From positions 32,366,001 to 32,430,000 of the forward strand of contig NC_045697.1 in the NCBI RefSeq assembly GCF_009834535.1: a stretch of DNA of 64,000 nucleotides, read 5' to 3'. Below are positions 12,836-24,909 of the stretch, piece by piece. A program made the position numbers and the translations under genes. Position 1 is the stretch's first letter. Each line of letters begins with the position of its first letter. This DNA comes from Camelus ferus. Its lineage: Eukaryota. The notes under the pieces were generated by a model. It ran no database searches and was not told where the DNA came from. It saw only the letters and a program-made list of their open reading frames with translations.

Positions 12836-12939
12836 TTGGTAGGACTGACTGTGATATTCAAAAGATGAAAGACCTTTAACAAATCAGTGATTATAGTTAT
12901 GTTTATGGTTCCATTGGCTAACTACAGGCTAGCTTAAGA

Positions 12940-13560
12940 TACGTTATATTACTCCGTTCAATAACACGCCTGCAATGTTCTAGATGCTTGGGACATGTTT
13001 GTGGTAAGCTAGATGAAAATATCTGTCATTGTGGGGTTTACATTCTAGCAAGGTAAATAACAAATGATTTTAAAAAGGACTCTGGCAAGAGAGAAAAATG
13101 GGACAGGTTAACGGCAAGTAGAAGATACTTAGAGAGGTTGTACATTTTTGTAGGAGATCAAGGAGAACATGTTGGAAAGTGGATTTGAGCCAGTTGTTCA
13201 CAGTCATGATGGAGTCGCCATGCAGATGGTCAGATAGTGCACTCCAAGCTGAGGGAAGGACCACCTGGGAGGATAACCTGTGATTTTTCTGGGGCCTGCT
13301 CAGGTGGTATTTAAGGGGGCCAGTGGCTGGAGTGAAGTGAATGAGGGGTAAAGTGGTAAGGGCCTTATAAACCATCTTAAACTCTTGCTTTTCTCTTAAG
13401 TAAAATGAGAATTGGTACATGATTTTTTTTTTCCAGAGGAAATGATGTGGATTATGTTTTATGATGTTTGTTCCAGCTATGATGTTGAGGATAAACTCTC
13501 TATGAACAGAAGTGAACATATGTAGACAGTTTTGGAAGCTATTTTAATAATCCGGGCAAA
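12940..13560 (-). mobile_element. L2 LINE 3' region
   Basis: 'gttctagatgcttgggaca...gtggggtttacattctag' and 'ggccagtggctggagtgaagtgaatgagggg...gggccttataaaccatcttaa'. Confidence 0.75.
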
Positions 13561-14098
13561 AGATAATAGCTTATGAACTATTCCTCCTTGGTAACATGGA
13601 ACATTCTCACAGAACTTCTCTGGTGATAAAGCATCAAGGTATTTCTAGGAATTGAAATGGCTCAGACAGTGGTGGTAGCTAGGATTTACAATTGTTGAAA
13701 ACTTGACAAATCTACTCGGGTGGTAAATGACAGCCAGAGCGAGTTATAACCTGATGATGTGTGATTAACAGCTCTTGCATTGTTAGGGAAGAGGGAGGAA
13801 GGATGTTCCCAAAGCAGGAATGAGGACTAAGAAAAACAATACGTTGTCTTCAGACAGGGGCTGAACAAGGGCTGTGTGTGTAGCGGATGGCAACAGCCAC
13901 TCCATAGGACAGTCATGGAGAAGCACAGTCCTCAGGAAAGAGCCAGATTTCAGTTTCAGAAAGAAAATACAGGGCATTTTAAGAGAGGAGGCTGAGAATG
14001 AATATAGAAGATTTTGGCTGCTGGTGAATCATATCTCAGAGGATGCAGTGGAAGTTTTTAGGAATTGATTAGGGATAGGAGAAAGATACAGAAGGGAC

Positions 14099-14225
14099 AG
14101 GATGAACATATAATTTATCTTTCAAATAGGGCATTTCTTAAAGCAGTGGGGCACCACTGCTATGTGTTTCAGGATGACGGGCATACATAGGAAATATTTC
14201 AGGCCCGCCTGGATTCATGGTAAAA
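14099..14225 (+). mobile_element. hAT-Blackjack MITE (MER81-like)
   Basis: 'aggatgaacatataatttatctttcaaatagggca...ggattcatggt' follows the MER81 pattern. Confidence 0.5.
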
Positions 14226-14428
14226 GTGGCAGCCCTCATTGTCTAATGAGGCTTAGAGTGTGAGAGCTGAAGGGTGCCCTGGAACCTGGGGCTTCTTTGA
14301 GTTACAGTTGTGAACAGGGTTAAAGGACCTAATGAGATTTGCCAATTTCAAGGCAGATAATAGTAAAGGAGTTGGAATGTAGAGAGGGAAGCCCCACATA
14401 GGAGTGGAGATCTCAATGACAAGCAGAC

Positions 14429-14564
14429 GCGGCCTTACTTCAATCTGGAAGAATAGGAAAGGGGTTCGAGTAGAGGGAAGAGCAGAGGGCAAAGCTGCGG
14501 CCTTACTTCAATCTGGAAGAATAGGAAAGGGGTTCGAGTAGAGGGAAGAGCAGAGGGCAAAGCT
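14429..14564. repeat. Perfect tandem duplication, 2 x 68 bp, in L2-like sequence
   Basis: 14429-14496 is identical to 14497-14564. Confidence 0.97.
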
Positions 14565-15017
14565 TGGCATCACGGCCAGCGTGTCTGGAGTATAATGAAC
14601 GAGGGGGGCTAGCTGAGTAAGGTAGACAGGAACTGGATGAAGTGTCTTTTAGGCTGAGCTCCTATTTTATTAATATTATGAATTATCTAGATAGGAATCT
14701 TTGGAGAATAAAAGGTGGTTCTTACTGAATATGCTCTGACAAGAAGTAAACCTGGCCTGTCTCGGGCACCCTGGGGTGAAAGATCATCTGAACTTAAAAG
14801 CAGATAAGTGACTAAATTGCTGTAGTTAGACAGCCTTATTTACATTATCCACCTGATGGCAGTGTAGGACAAGGCAGGGTATTCCCTGCCTATCTGACCT
14901 GATGCTGACATTTTCAGGAAGCCTGTGTATGTTTCCAAAATCCTCTGCAATTTGTTAATTGTATTCATGGAATGCATCCATGCATCTTTATTTTGGGAGA
15001 ACATTCATGGAGACTGT

Positions 15018-15039
15018 AAAAAAAAAAAAAAAAAAAAAA
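15018..15039 (+). repeat. A22 homopolymer
   Basis: Read directly from the sequence. Confidence 0.95.
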
Positions 15040-17533
15040 CCCAGAACACCCACCCTAATGGATAAACAGTCTTTTATTCAAAATGGATGGAAACACTTCT
15101 CAAAATGCTAGTCAGCCTTCCTTACAAGGAAAGCCTTGCTGCTCTAGGACAAGATCACGGGCAAGGTGTATACATTTGAAAGTCAGTTAGGGACTAAGAG
15201 CTGGCTCTTCTTTGGGTTGTTGCTCAGTCAGCCTAACACAGTAAATTTGGGCTTGTTTGAGAGTCGAGATGGCTAAATCAGAATGCCTTTTAACTCCACC
15301 TTAGAAATTTAATGCCGGACTTTCCTTAAATGGTGGTGTCTAGACTTTGTTATTGGCTGTGAGATGGGCCAGCGTAGGAGTCAGAGCCACCGAGGGCCTC
15401 TTGATGGGAAGCGCAGATAGGTCAATTGTCATCACCAAGGAAGTCCGGGGACAGCCAGGCAGGCAGGTGGCTTTCTTGGCAGGTTAGTGGAACGTGGCAG
15501 GAGAAGCATTTGGCAGCAAGTAATAGACAAAGCTCCAGGAAATTTGTTTATGTCTGGGGAACCTTCATGGCAGAGAAGGGTCTTAATCACACGAACAGGG
15601 ATTTAGTCCTTGGATAAGGAAGAGCAGTTATTTTTAATCACATCTCCCCAGCTACTGTGCTCAAGGGTGAGAGTTACTGGAATAGTGACCAATTCCCTCT
15701 CATTATCTCTGGTAGAGGCTCAGGATGGCCTCTGTGGAGTTGGACGTGGATTCTGAACAGATGGATGGAGGCTAGGACCAGACAAATATGGACGGACCAT
15801 CACACTACAGCACTAATAACTTCTGCTTAAATAGCCGTGGGCTTTGCTGTGGCCCATTAACCTCCAAAACCACGAGGAGTCCCTTCTGTGGTGCAACAGT
15901 AATCGGGATTCATCCTCTTGTCAGGTAGCGTGCATGATAAGGACCCAAACATGAGATGGGATCTTCAGTTCAGCTAGGACACTTACTTGACACCAGGAGA
16001 TTGACTCAGGGGCTCAGAAAGTAGGATTTCTAAAGGCCTAGAGCTGAGCAGACCGAGAGTCACCAAACTTACATCTTACTTCTTTAAACTAATCTCCCTA
16101 TTACTCAGCTAAGAGAAAAATAATATGTGTTTCTGTAGCATATTCGGTATTATCACATACACAGAAATCTGCGAAAATCTGGCAAAATGTTAGACAAACA
16201 TAAAAGCTGCTTTAATGAAATTTAGCCCTATTACTGGATTTCCCTTTGGCTTGCCTTTTTCTCTTGGCACTGTGCAGGTAGGCATACAAATGCTCACAGC
16301 AGAGTTAAACATTGTTATTAATAGCAAATCCTTCCTTAATTCTTAGCTAGAAAGAATCCATTCCGTTTCCAGAAGCTCAGTAGTTAATTTTATCTTTTAT
16401 TTACTGCCTAAGACTTTTGCCATTATGATGATTATTTTTCTAGCTAATAATAATTACAATCAGGGTGCTTAAAAATGCAAAGATATTTTGGGGAGAAAGA
16501 GAGGATAAAAATAGTATGTCTTGAAGGAATTGTAGGATACAAAATTCATCTTTTCTCTTGTGAACTCTGATATATTTGAAGTTTCCTCCATTTTCATTCT
16601 TAGGTAAAAAGTAATGCTGGCTGTACAAATCCATCTTTAGTGTGATTTTTTTTTTTTAAAGTAAAGATACCAAGAGTTTTTCAGTATTGGCTTAGGCTTG
16701 ACCTGTGACGGGAGCCTGTTATCAATTATTCATAAGTTTTAGAAAATGTTCATTCCAGTTACATAATATGCCCACTTATTAAAGTCATACAGTGCTTTCT
16801 TCTAGGAAGATCAAAGTGGTGTTCAGAGAACTATCATAAAATGATTACTAACTCCTTTCATGCCATAAAGAGTCTGATGACTAAATGGGGGAGAAGACAC
16901 AAGGCAGAGCTGAAAGGTAAGAGAAATGCAGAAAAGCACAGAATATGTGAGGAGGAGGAGTGCAGAAAGTATCTTTTAGAAGATACTATAGAGCATCTTT
17001 TAGTCTTCTTTGTGTGTTTGAAAGGCTGGAGCTCTGTGTGATAGTGAAAGAGATAATTGCATATTAGGTTATTGAATTGTGACATTACAGTTAAAATGCT
17101 TTTCACTTTTTAAACAGCAATTCTGGCAGGGGTAAAAATCAGAAGATAGGTGCACAGCAGTAACTTTTAATACTGGGGAAAATAAGAAAAAAAAGCCAAG
17201 AAGTCACGGTCGATTTGCCTTATTGCTTCACCTCACGGCTAATGCAGCTGTATGATAACGATGCTAATGAGGGATCTGTCCCTTCAAACAAAACTGAAAG
17301 CTACCTTCCTATAAAATTATCTGAATTGAATGAAGCAAAATTGGGAAATCTATGGTCATTTTCTTATTGGCTGCTTCTTGTGTTAGCTTTGGAATTCACA
17401 AATGACTAGCTGTATGTCGATGAACTGCTTTCTCTGGAATTTAAAATGTAGATAAAGTGGGTGTTTGTGAAAATTTTATTTGCTTAACGGCTGGCACCAG
17501 AATTAACTCGGGAGGACACGTTTTTGTTTGGAA

Positions 17534-17830
17534 CAGTGGTTTCCGACTGGTTACCCACAGGCCTTAAGCAGCCTACAGACATAATGACCTGAATGATAGA
17601 TGTTAAAATAAGCCAGTATTTTAAACATAAGAAATTGTACACACATTTTGGATTCCAGATTTTTAAAAAAGCCAGATCAAATACTTTTTGTAGCTAACAG
17701 TTACAGCCATCCCTGTAGACCGGGCATGCCCTTTTCTGTTTGTTATGGTCGCAGTCACTTCCTGTTAGCTTCCTAACACTGATGGAATATGTCAGTTGCT
17801 ATATTTCATTGAATTTGCATTACTTTTTAC
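17534..17830 (-). mobile_element. hAT-Charlie DNA transposon fossil (MER102-like)
   Basis: 'cagtggtttccgactggttacccacaggcc...gattccagatt...ccctgtagaccgggcatgcccttttctgtttg'. Confidence 0.55.
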
Positions 17831-17999
17831 TGGCATCCAGTTTATTTTAGTTATTCCTCTCTCCTTGGGAAGCATATGTATTTTTACCCACTTTTATTTT
17901 AGGAAAATGCCTTTATAAAGGGTAATACATACCTTGAGGATAGGAGCCAAGCAAATATGGTTCAGTTGAGAGAGAAAACAAAATTTGATCTCTGCTTCT

Positions 18000-18046
18000 A
18001 AGAAGGAAGAGGAGAGGAAAAGGAAGGGGAAATGAGAGGAGAGAGA
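18000..18046. repeat. Polypurine (GA-rich) tract
   Basis: About 46 nt of purines with a single T. Confidence 0.85.
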
Positions 18047-19399
18047 TTTCTAAAAGCATTTGTAGCACTAGGAGTGCACTAGGAGTACAATGTGGGGTGG
18101 GGTGGCCCCGGAAACTTCCCTGGTGTTAGAAAGGCCGTGGGTCATTTCAACAGGAGGGTCATCTGATCATCAGATCCTCATTTGTGTTAGTTTAGGAGAT
18201 GGCTGGATAGTCCATTAACTGAGAACTTTCTGTTGAACCATAAAGCTAGAAACCAGAGGAAAGGCCAAGAGTGTTAGCCCAAGGGAAGTAGAGGGAAGCC
18301 TTTTGTCTTGTACAGGGTTTAGAATGGAGTTTCAAGGAGATTTTATTTAGATTTCAGGGAGGTAGCAGATCCCTTTTGATGTGTTTTTACATTATGATTT
18401 CCCTTTGGATTATAAAGTCCTTTGCATAAATGTACAGTTTTGAGAGCTTTGAGAAGAAGGTAGTAGTAAAGAACTGGATTCACTAAAAAGTATCCATTAA
18501 AAGTGAGTCACGTTATATTAACCTTACTTCTGTCTTTGAGAGTGGATTAGGGAAACGTGGCAGTGTATGTGGACATCAGTTTTTCACAAAGATTCATGAT
18601 ATCAAATAATAGGCTGGAAGTTATGATTACATAGTTACTAACTATTCAGAAAACTGTTAGAATTCCCCTCAGATTATGTTTGTTGATTAAATATTGAGTC
18701 AATGGTATCTGAAGGTGGATAGTTGTAAAACTGTGAGAGTTCTCCAGAAACAAGAATCCATTGAATTGGAAATATTTATTAAATTATTTAGAGATAAAAA
18801 ATAATTCTTATCAAAATTTCAGATGACTTCAGGCTGGAAATGAAATTGAAATTTATTCTATGAGAGCCTGATTCATATCTCTATAGGTTTAAATACAAGT
18901 AAACGTAAGAGCTTCTCTAGTAAGATAAAATTCCATAGTGTCCTGAACTTACCAATATGGCTTGATAGCAATATAGATGAAAAAAACGCTTACGTATCTT
19001 GTAGGAAGGTAAGCTCACTATGAGTTAATACTTTTATATGACTGTCAGAATGACTGTGTTAGTCTTAGAATCTATCAAGAGAAACACAGCATCTATAACA
19101 GGTATGAAAAATTGATTTCATTTCACATGTCAACTCTGATTAGTGACAGGTTCTGCTTAGAATGCAGTGTTGAGGGGGAATCTGAGACTCTACTTAGGCT
19201 TGGCAGGAGAGCATTGCCATCAGCTGGTGACACCTGGCACGGCCACATCATGGGAGGGTGGCATTTTATGCACCAGCTGTCCTAGGTGGAGAATGAGAGA
19301 GGTGGTGGGATAAGCCTCATTTTGCTTTGTGATTGCTATATGGCATTGGAAACCTTTATTTTTGTGACAACTTTCACTCTTAAAACTGGTTTGAGTTTT

Positions 19400-19493
19400 C
19401 ATAATGTATGTGATTTAAATCATCACATTGTACAACCTGATTGTATATAATTTTTATTTGCCTATTATACCTTAGTGGGCTGGAAAAGAAAAA
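19400..19493 (+). mobile_element. L1M 3' terminal fragment
   Basis: 'aatcatcacattgtacaacctga...aatttttatttgcctattataccttag' followed by an A-rich end. Confidence 0.6.
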
Positions 19494-19585
19494 TTTCAGT
19501 CTTTATCATTCTTAGATGGGGTGAGTGGAAGAGGAAAATGAGACCTTGAAATTGTCGATAGTGCCTTTTTTCAAAAAACAGCCTT

Positions 19586-19632
19586 TTTTGTTGTTGTTTC
19601 TGGTACTTTTGTTGTTGTTTCTTTGGTACTTT
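19586..19632. repeat. Short imperfect tandem duplication (21-23 bp unit)
   Basis: ttttgttgttgtttct(tt)ggtac occurs twice. Confidence 0.75.
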
Positions 19633-19786
19633 TTCACTTTTTTTTTTTACCAGCTTCCTGGCTACACACTGCCTCTTCTTTTTGTTGATATGTTGTTGTC
19701 TTCTGTAGTCTTTGACCTCAAGCCTCCTATTCTGGTAATTTTTCTCTTGTATCAAGAGGAGAAATTCTCTATCCTTGTCCCCAAGG

Positions 19787-19977
19787 CAGTGGTTCCCTAC
19801 CCGGGGTGACTTCGACCTGCAGAGGATGCTATTCTTGGTTATCACAACTGAACAGCTGCCACTGGCACCTAGGGGCTAGAGGCCAGGGATGATGCTAAAT
19901 ATCCTGAAATGCACAGGGCCCTCGACCATGAGGAATTATCCAGCCCCAGGTAATTGTGCCAGTGTTGATAAACCTTA
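19787..19977 (+). mobile_element. MER20 hAT-Charlie DNA transposon
   Basis: 'cagtggttccctacccggggtgac...actggcacctaggggctagaggccagggatgatgctaaatatcctgaaatgcacagg...gttgataaacc'. Confidence 0.85.
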
Positions 19978-20159
19978 CCCGAAAATACCCATCCTGGTTT
20001 CTCAGCCAAAAACAGGCTGGCCCGAATTAGTCACTGCTTCAGAAACTAAGATCAGCTGACATCTGGCATAAATTGTCCTTATTACAAATTGTTCTCTTGT
20101 TATAATCTGCTACCCTTTTGACATGAGAGAACATCGGCTACTTAAATAGCTGTATTATG

Positions 20160-20355
20160 AAAAACAGTACAATGTAAAAGATAGACTGTGAACTAGACTT
20201 AGTTCAAATCCAAATTCCCCCACTCATGAGTTGCATACCATAGTTTCCACTTTTTAGAATACCACCACTAACAGTAATAAGGTAATATATAGTCCTAATA
20301 ATAGCACTTACCACATAGTGTTGTTTTAAGAATTAAATGAATGAATATGTGCGTA
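20160..20355 (+). mobile_element. MIR SINE
   Basis: 'agacttagttcaaatccaaattcccccact...aataatagcacttaccacatagtgttgttttaagaattaaatga'. Confidence 0.7.
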
Positions 20356-20428
20356 TGTAATGTGTATACATAGCCAGAATGGCTGTGCTAAGTTTAGATT
20401 GCATCGAGAGAATGCAATCTTAAGTATT

Positions 20429-20464
20429 TTTGATTTAAGGCAGTATATTTGATTTAAGGCAGTA
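20429..20464. repeat. Short tandem duplication (17-bp core, period 19)
   Basis: tttgatttaaggcagta at 20429-20445 and 20448-20464. Confidence 0.9.
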
Positions 20465-20594
20465 GGTGCTATGTTAGTATTATTCATCCTGAGGGTCTTT
20501 TTTTTTCTCAGATAATTCCATTTATTTCAACTCTCTAACAAAGAACATGGTTTGTGGCCCACAAAATTGGGTCACTAATTTCAAGTGGTATCTT

Positions 20595-20820
20595 TCTTCT
20601 GATGAGCCATCAAGGGAGGGAGTCAGTAGAGAGTCGGCTAGAAAGATGGAAGTTAGAATCTTACTGAATGTAATAATAGAAATGATATCTCCTCATTGTT
20701 ATCATAGTTATTGCTTAGAGGCATGCTGTAGCTCCTCTGCACAATCTAAGGGGGACAATTACATAAGGCTGTGCAATCCAGAAGGTTAGGGAAGTTGGGC
20801 ACCATTTTATTGTGACTGTA
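20595..20820 (-). mobile_element. ERVL-MaLR LTR fragment (MLT1E/F-like)
   Basis: 'aagatggaagttagaatctt...aagggggacaattacataaggctgtgcaatccagaagg...gggcaccatttta'. Confidence 0.65.
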
Positions 20821-20829
20821 CATCTTGTC

Positions 20830-21825
20830 CTTTTTTTGTGTGTATGTTCCTTATTTACCTGAAATTAATGTTTATTCCTCAATTGGTGGACATAGTGTTA
20901 TATATGTGCCAATTAGATCAGGTTTGTGATCACATTGTTAAAATTTTCTGTAGCTTTGTATCTTCTATGGTTGGTTGTAAGCCGTATTGCTAGGAATATA
21001 CAAATATAGACTCTCAAAATTCTGAATGTATATCTCTCTGGTTCATTTATATTATAATTTGAAGTGTTTGTCTCTATCTCCAATTTTGCTTCTTAAAGCT
21101 AACTTTTTATTGTATTAATAAAGGTTCATTAGTTGTCTTTGACTTTTTTTGTTCATCTTTTCTGAAAAATTACTTTCAACCTTTGTGCGGCCTTATGTTG
21201 AAATTGTCACTTATAAGCAGTGCATACTTAAAAAAAAATCTAATTGACAATAATTATATTCTTCTCTTTGCTTTTCATGTATTTCTGATATATTTAGTTT
21301 AAAACTTATCCTTATTATTTGTATTGTATTTGTTCCACATTTTACATGTTTCCTTTTCTTTTTCTTCTTCCTTTTTCCTTCTTTTGAGTTTAATATTTTT
21401 TGTTATTCAGTTTTTTTCCCTATAGCTTATTGGTTATACATTATTTTAGATGCATTTAGTGGTTGCCTAGATAATGCAACATGAATGTTAGTGTTAATAT
21501 CTTATATGAATTGGTTCTTTCACCAGTTCTTGGACAGTAGAAGAACACTAATTCCTTTTTTTTCTTTTGCCTTGAGTGCTGTTATTATCTGTTTTGTGAT
21601 TACAGTGTTTGTGAATTTTAGAATTCATTATTAAAATAGTTGTAAACATTCACTATTCTTTTAGATTTACCCACATGGTTAATGTCTCCATTGCTTTGTG
21701 TTTTACTTCCTTACCTTGCATCAATCTGATCTTATTTTCCCTCTGTCTGAAGAACTGTCTTTAATCTGGTTGTCTAAGGACAAATTCTCTTTTGTTTGTC
21801 ATTAAATATCCTTATTTTGCTTTGG
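20830..21825 (-). mobile_element. Ancient L1M internal fragment
   Basis: T-rich degenerate antisense L1 sequence ('tgtgccaattagatcaggtttg', 'tctgaagaactgtctttaa...aaattctct'). Confidence 0.55.
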
Positions 21826-21827
21826 CC

Positions 21828-22080
21828 TGTGATAAAAAACTTTTTCTCTACTTACTTAGGTTCTTCTATTGAAGGTCTGTGAATCAAACTGACAAAAGAC
21901 AAATTGTCACAAGAAAAGATGGATTTTTAAAAATTCAAATGGATGTTAAGAGTTCACATAAAAATGTGACTCAAGGAAGACGTTAGGATTTGAGGCTTTA
22001 TATCAGCATCTTAATAGGGTAGAGGGAAGGAAGAAGGGCCATTATGGGAAAACAAATGACTTTCAGGAAAGAGAATTCTC
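21828..22080 (-). mobile_element. ERV1-class LTR fragment (MER34/MER39-related)
   Basis: 'ggtctgtgaatcaaactgacaaaagacaaatt...aagaaaa' is the reverse complement of the 3' end seen in the LTRs at 59330 and 60251. Confidence 0.55.
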
Positions 22081-22399
22081 ATTTAGAATTTGAGACTTGT
22101 GGCTTCTTGTTCAAATTTATTTTTAGTCAAGATTTAATAAAATTATTAAAGCTTATAATAATAATAATTTATTTGCATTCCACAAATGTAAGTTCAGACC
22201 AACATATTATGCTATGGAATTAAAGCCAACATTTCTAAGTTTTGGGCATAAATGTAGCTCTTAAGCCACCCTTCTTATCCTGTACTTTTTACATTCAGTT
22301 ATAGAAAATGCTGCCTTTTAGTGATACTGTTTGGGTATATTTCTTATCATAACTAATTTTTCCTTTGTGGTAATTGAAACATTGTGCTGAGTAAATGGT

Positions 22400-22625
22400 A
22401 AAGATATAGACACTAGAGCCAGGCAGGCTGAATTCTATCTGTCTTACCTTCAGCAAGTTACTTAAGATCTCTTTGCCTCTGTTTTCTGTATATACACGGT
22501 ATATACACATGATATATAACATGATAATAATAGTGAATTTTAATGGGATTTTTGTGACAGTTAAATGCATTCATATATTTAAAAGCACTTAGAACACTGG
22601 CTAGGTCACTAGTAGGTCTTAATTA
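22400..22625 (+). mobile_element. MIR SINE
   Basis: 'agagccaggcaggctg...cagcaagttacttaagatctctttgcctctgttttct...aaagcacttagaacac'. Confidence 0.75.
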
Positions 22626-23394
22626 TCCATAGTTTTGGAAAATTATATTTCCTGTAAACTCAGAACAGAAACTATGTAACTGTTTCATGCAAGACCAAAA
22701 CCCTCCTTTTTAAAATCAAGGGTCACTGGCATTTTTCAAAAGAGAAGGAAACATATTATAGAAAACTTTTTTTATTGATTTGAAATTTCAAAACACTAGA
22801 CAAGAATGATTTATGAGTTAGTGCTTGGAGGCTATGGATTTTCAACTTATCAAATATTCAGGATTAGGGGGAACAATAATAACTGACTTGGTAAAAAAAA
22901 CATAACTTTTTAAGTTTCACTACACCATTCTCCGGACCTTGAGATGTGTGGAATCATTGCAGTAAAATGTTTAAATTTAATTTGAACTCGGAACAATACT
23001 ATGACTGTGTGGTGAAAAGTACTACTAATCTATTAAGATCACCTGCATTATGATAAAGTTGAGATCTCTCAGGGAGGCCATGATCAATAAATGTGTACTT
23101 GTTCTAGCTTACTATTTCTGTGTAAGTTGAACACTGAGATTACTTTTTAAAAAATTCGCCCTATGGAAAAATGATAAGACATTTCTAGGATCAGAGTAAG
23201 AACAATAGGCATTATTAATTTACTAATGGAGATTTTACTTCTAAGTGCTGTGTCATTTACATAGCTGTTGTTCCATAATTATTGAATTTTAACAGTTTTA
23301 TGAGTTTCAAGAATATTTCAAATGATATATGTGTATGTTCTCATATTTCATATCTATTTTACATGTCAGGGGATATCATTTAGGTATCCTGTGA

Positions 23395-23790
23395 GTGAGG
23401 AGTCTTGAGTTGAGTTCCCTCAAAGCAGAGCTTGAGACAGGGATTTGGTGCATCAGCTTTACTGAGGCTGTGCTCTTCAGGGAAGGTCTGTAAGGAAAGA
23501 AGTTAAGCAAGATAGGAGAGTGGAAGATGATAAGATGTTGTCTCATGTAGAGTGGAACCTTGGCTTAATCCAACAGGAATGTTTCTGAAGCATAAAATGC
23601 CCCTTGAGACAAGATGGTCACCCATTTGTAACTTGTATCACTCAGTCATTGGCTGTAAGTCATCTTGGGAGTGGAAATAAGGCATAATCCCCATGCTGAG
23701 GATGCTCTGGGGGCAATCTCTAGAGAAGTGAACAGCTCTATTTCATTAGCATCCAACAATCAAAGCAGCTAGGGTGTGGGTTCTCCACCC
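23395..23790 (-). mobile_element. ERVL-class LTR (LTR33-like)
   Basis: 'gagttccctcaaagcagagcttgagacagggatttggtgcatcagctttactgagg'. Confidence 0.55.
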
Positions 23791-24616
23791 ATTAAATTAT
23801 CTGCTCTAAAACAACAAATTACTCTTGTAGTATTTTCAAACCAGCTAGACTTCTGAAGTATTCAAGCAATGCATACTGATATTGACTTAATTTTTTAAAA
23901 AGCTAATATTAGGAAATGTTTTTAATATGCTCATATTTTTCTAGAGCAAATTATTTTAGAATGTTGTTGACCTAGGAGGAAAAGAAATTAGAAACAGAAG
24001 CTTACTCATTGTGGAGGTACTGTCTTCAAGAAAATACAGAAGAATGGAATGAATGATTGATGACATTGAAACTCGGTAATAGAATTAGTGAAGTGAATTA
24101 GTTTTGTTCCTTTAATGTTTATTTAAAGTTCTTAAAATGGTTTTAAAATGAGTCATATTTGACGAGTTTAAAGAGTCCCAGAAGCAGAAGAAATCTTATG
24201 TGTAACAGGGCACATTTGGGTTTATCAAAGGCTGAACTCTGAAGAGTTATAAACTAATTTATTTGGCAATCATTGCAGCTGAATCAGAACTCTTTTTGCA
24301 AAAATTTTTTTTTCACACTGCCAGTTTCAATCATCTATCTTGAAAATCTAAATGTACCACTACAATGATGGAAGAGAGAAAGTGGTAAGTTCTCCTGAGA
24401 AGTGGGAAGATTTGTCTTCAGCTAGCACTTGTGCTGTAAATCTTCTGGATCTAGGTTTTAAGTGTGGAAATATAAATGGTGGTTGGGCTGCTACTATTTT
24501 TGAATACATTACAGAACAAACACTGTCCTTGGAAGTTGACGTTATTGGAAAGTCAGTTTTAGGTACTAAATATTAATAAGTGCCTTTCAATCTTATACTT
24601 TAGTATCTTCAGAATT

Positions 24617-24663
24617 CATATATATGGATATATGTGTGTGCGTATGTGTATATATATATATAT
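24617..24663. repeat. (TA/TG)n microsatellite
   Basis: Read directly from the sequence. Confidence 0.8.
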
Positions 24664-24669
24664 TTCCAA

Positions 24670-24815
24670 TTTTATCTTTATAGCAATTCTGGTAGAGTGG
24701 ACACGTTGTCATAAACCTTTTAGAAACGAGGACTGTCTTTGAGACACATCCATCGGTAACCCATGGTTCACACAGAAGCAGAGTGACAGAACTCAGTTTC
24801 CCACGTGATTGGTGA
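24670..24815 (-). mobile_element. MIR fragment
   Basis: 'cttttagaaacgaggactg...aacccatggttcacacagaagcagagtgacagaactcag'. Confidence 0.45.
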
Positions 24816-24909
24816 CTTCTCTGTGCAGTCTGTATTGGTCAAACCACATACTAGATTTATAGCCTGTGTTTTTGCCCCTTACATCCTTCTATCTCTGCAC
24901 CATGTACTT

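Noticed and set aside
14429..14564. CRISPR-like or prokaryotic repeat array (also 33651-33802)
   Set aside because: Only two abutting copies, no spacers, no cas genes, and a clearly mammalian context.
15018..15039. Long A-runs as tails of processed pseudogenes (also 2372, 3533, 47902, 53301)
   Set aside because: No upstream AATAAA, mRNA-like body or TSD; treated as simple homopolymers.
19465..19845. K/Q-rich 126-aa ORF and the opposite hydrophobic 94-aa ORF
   Set aside because: Both arise from a T-rich low-complexity tandem duplication plus part of MER20.
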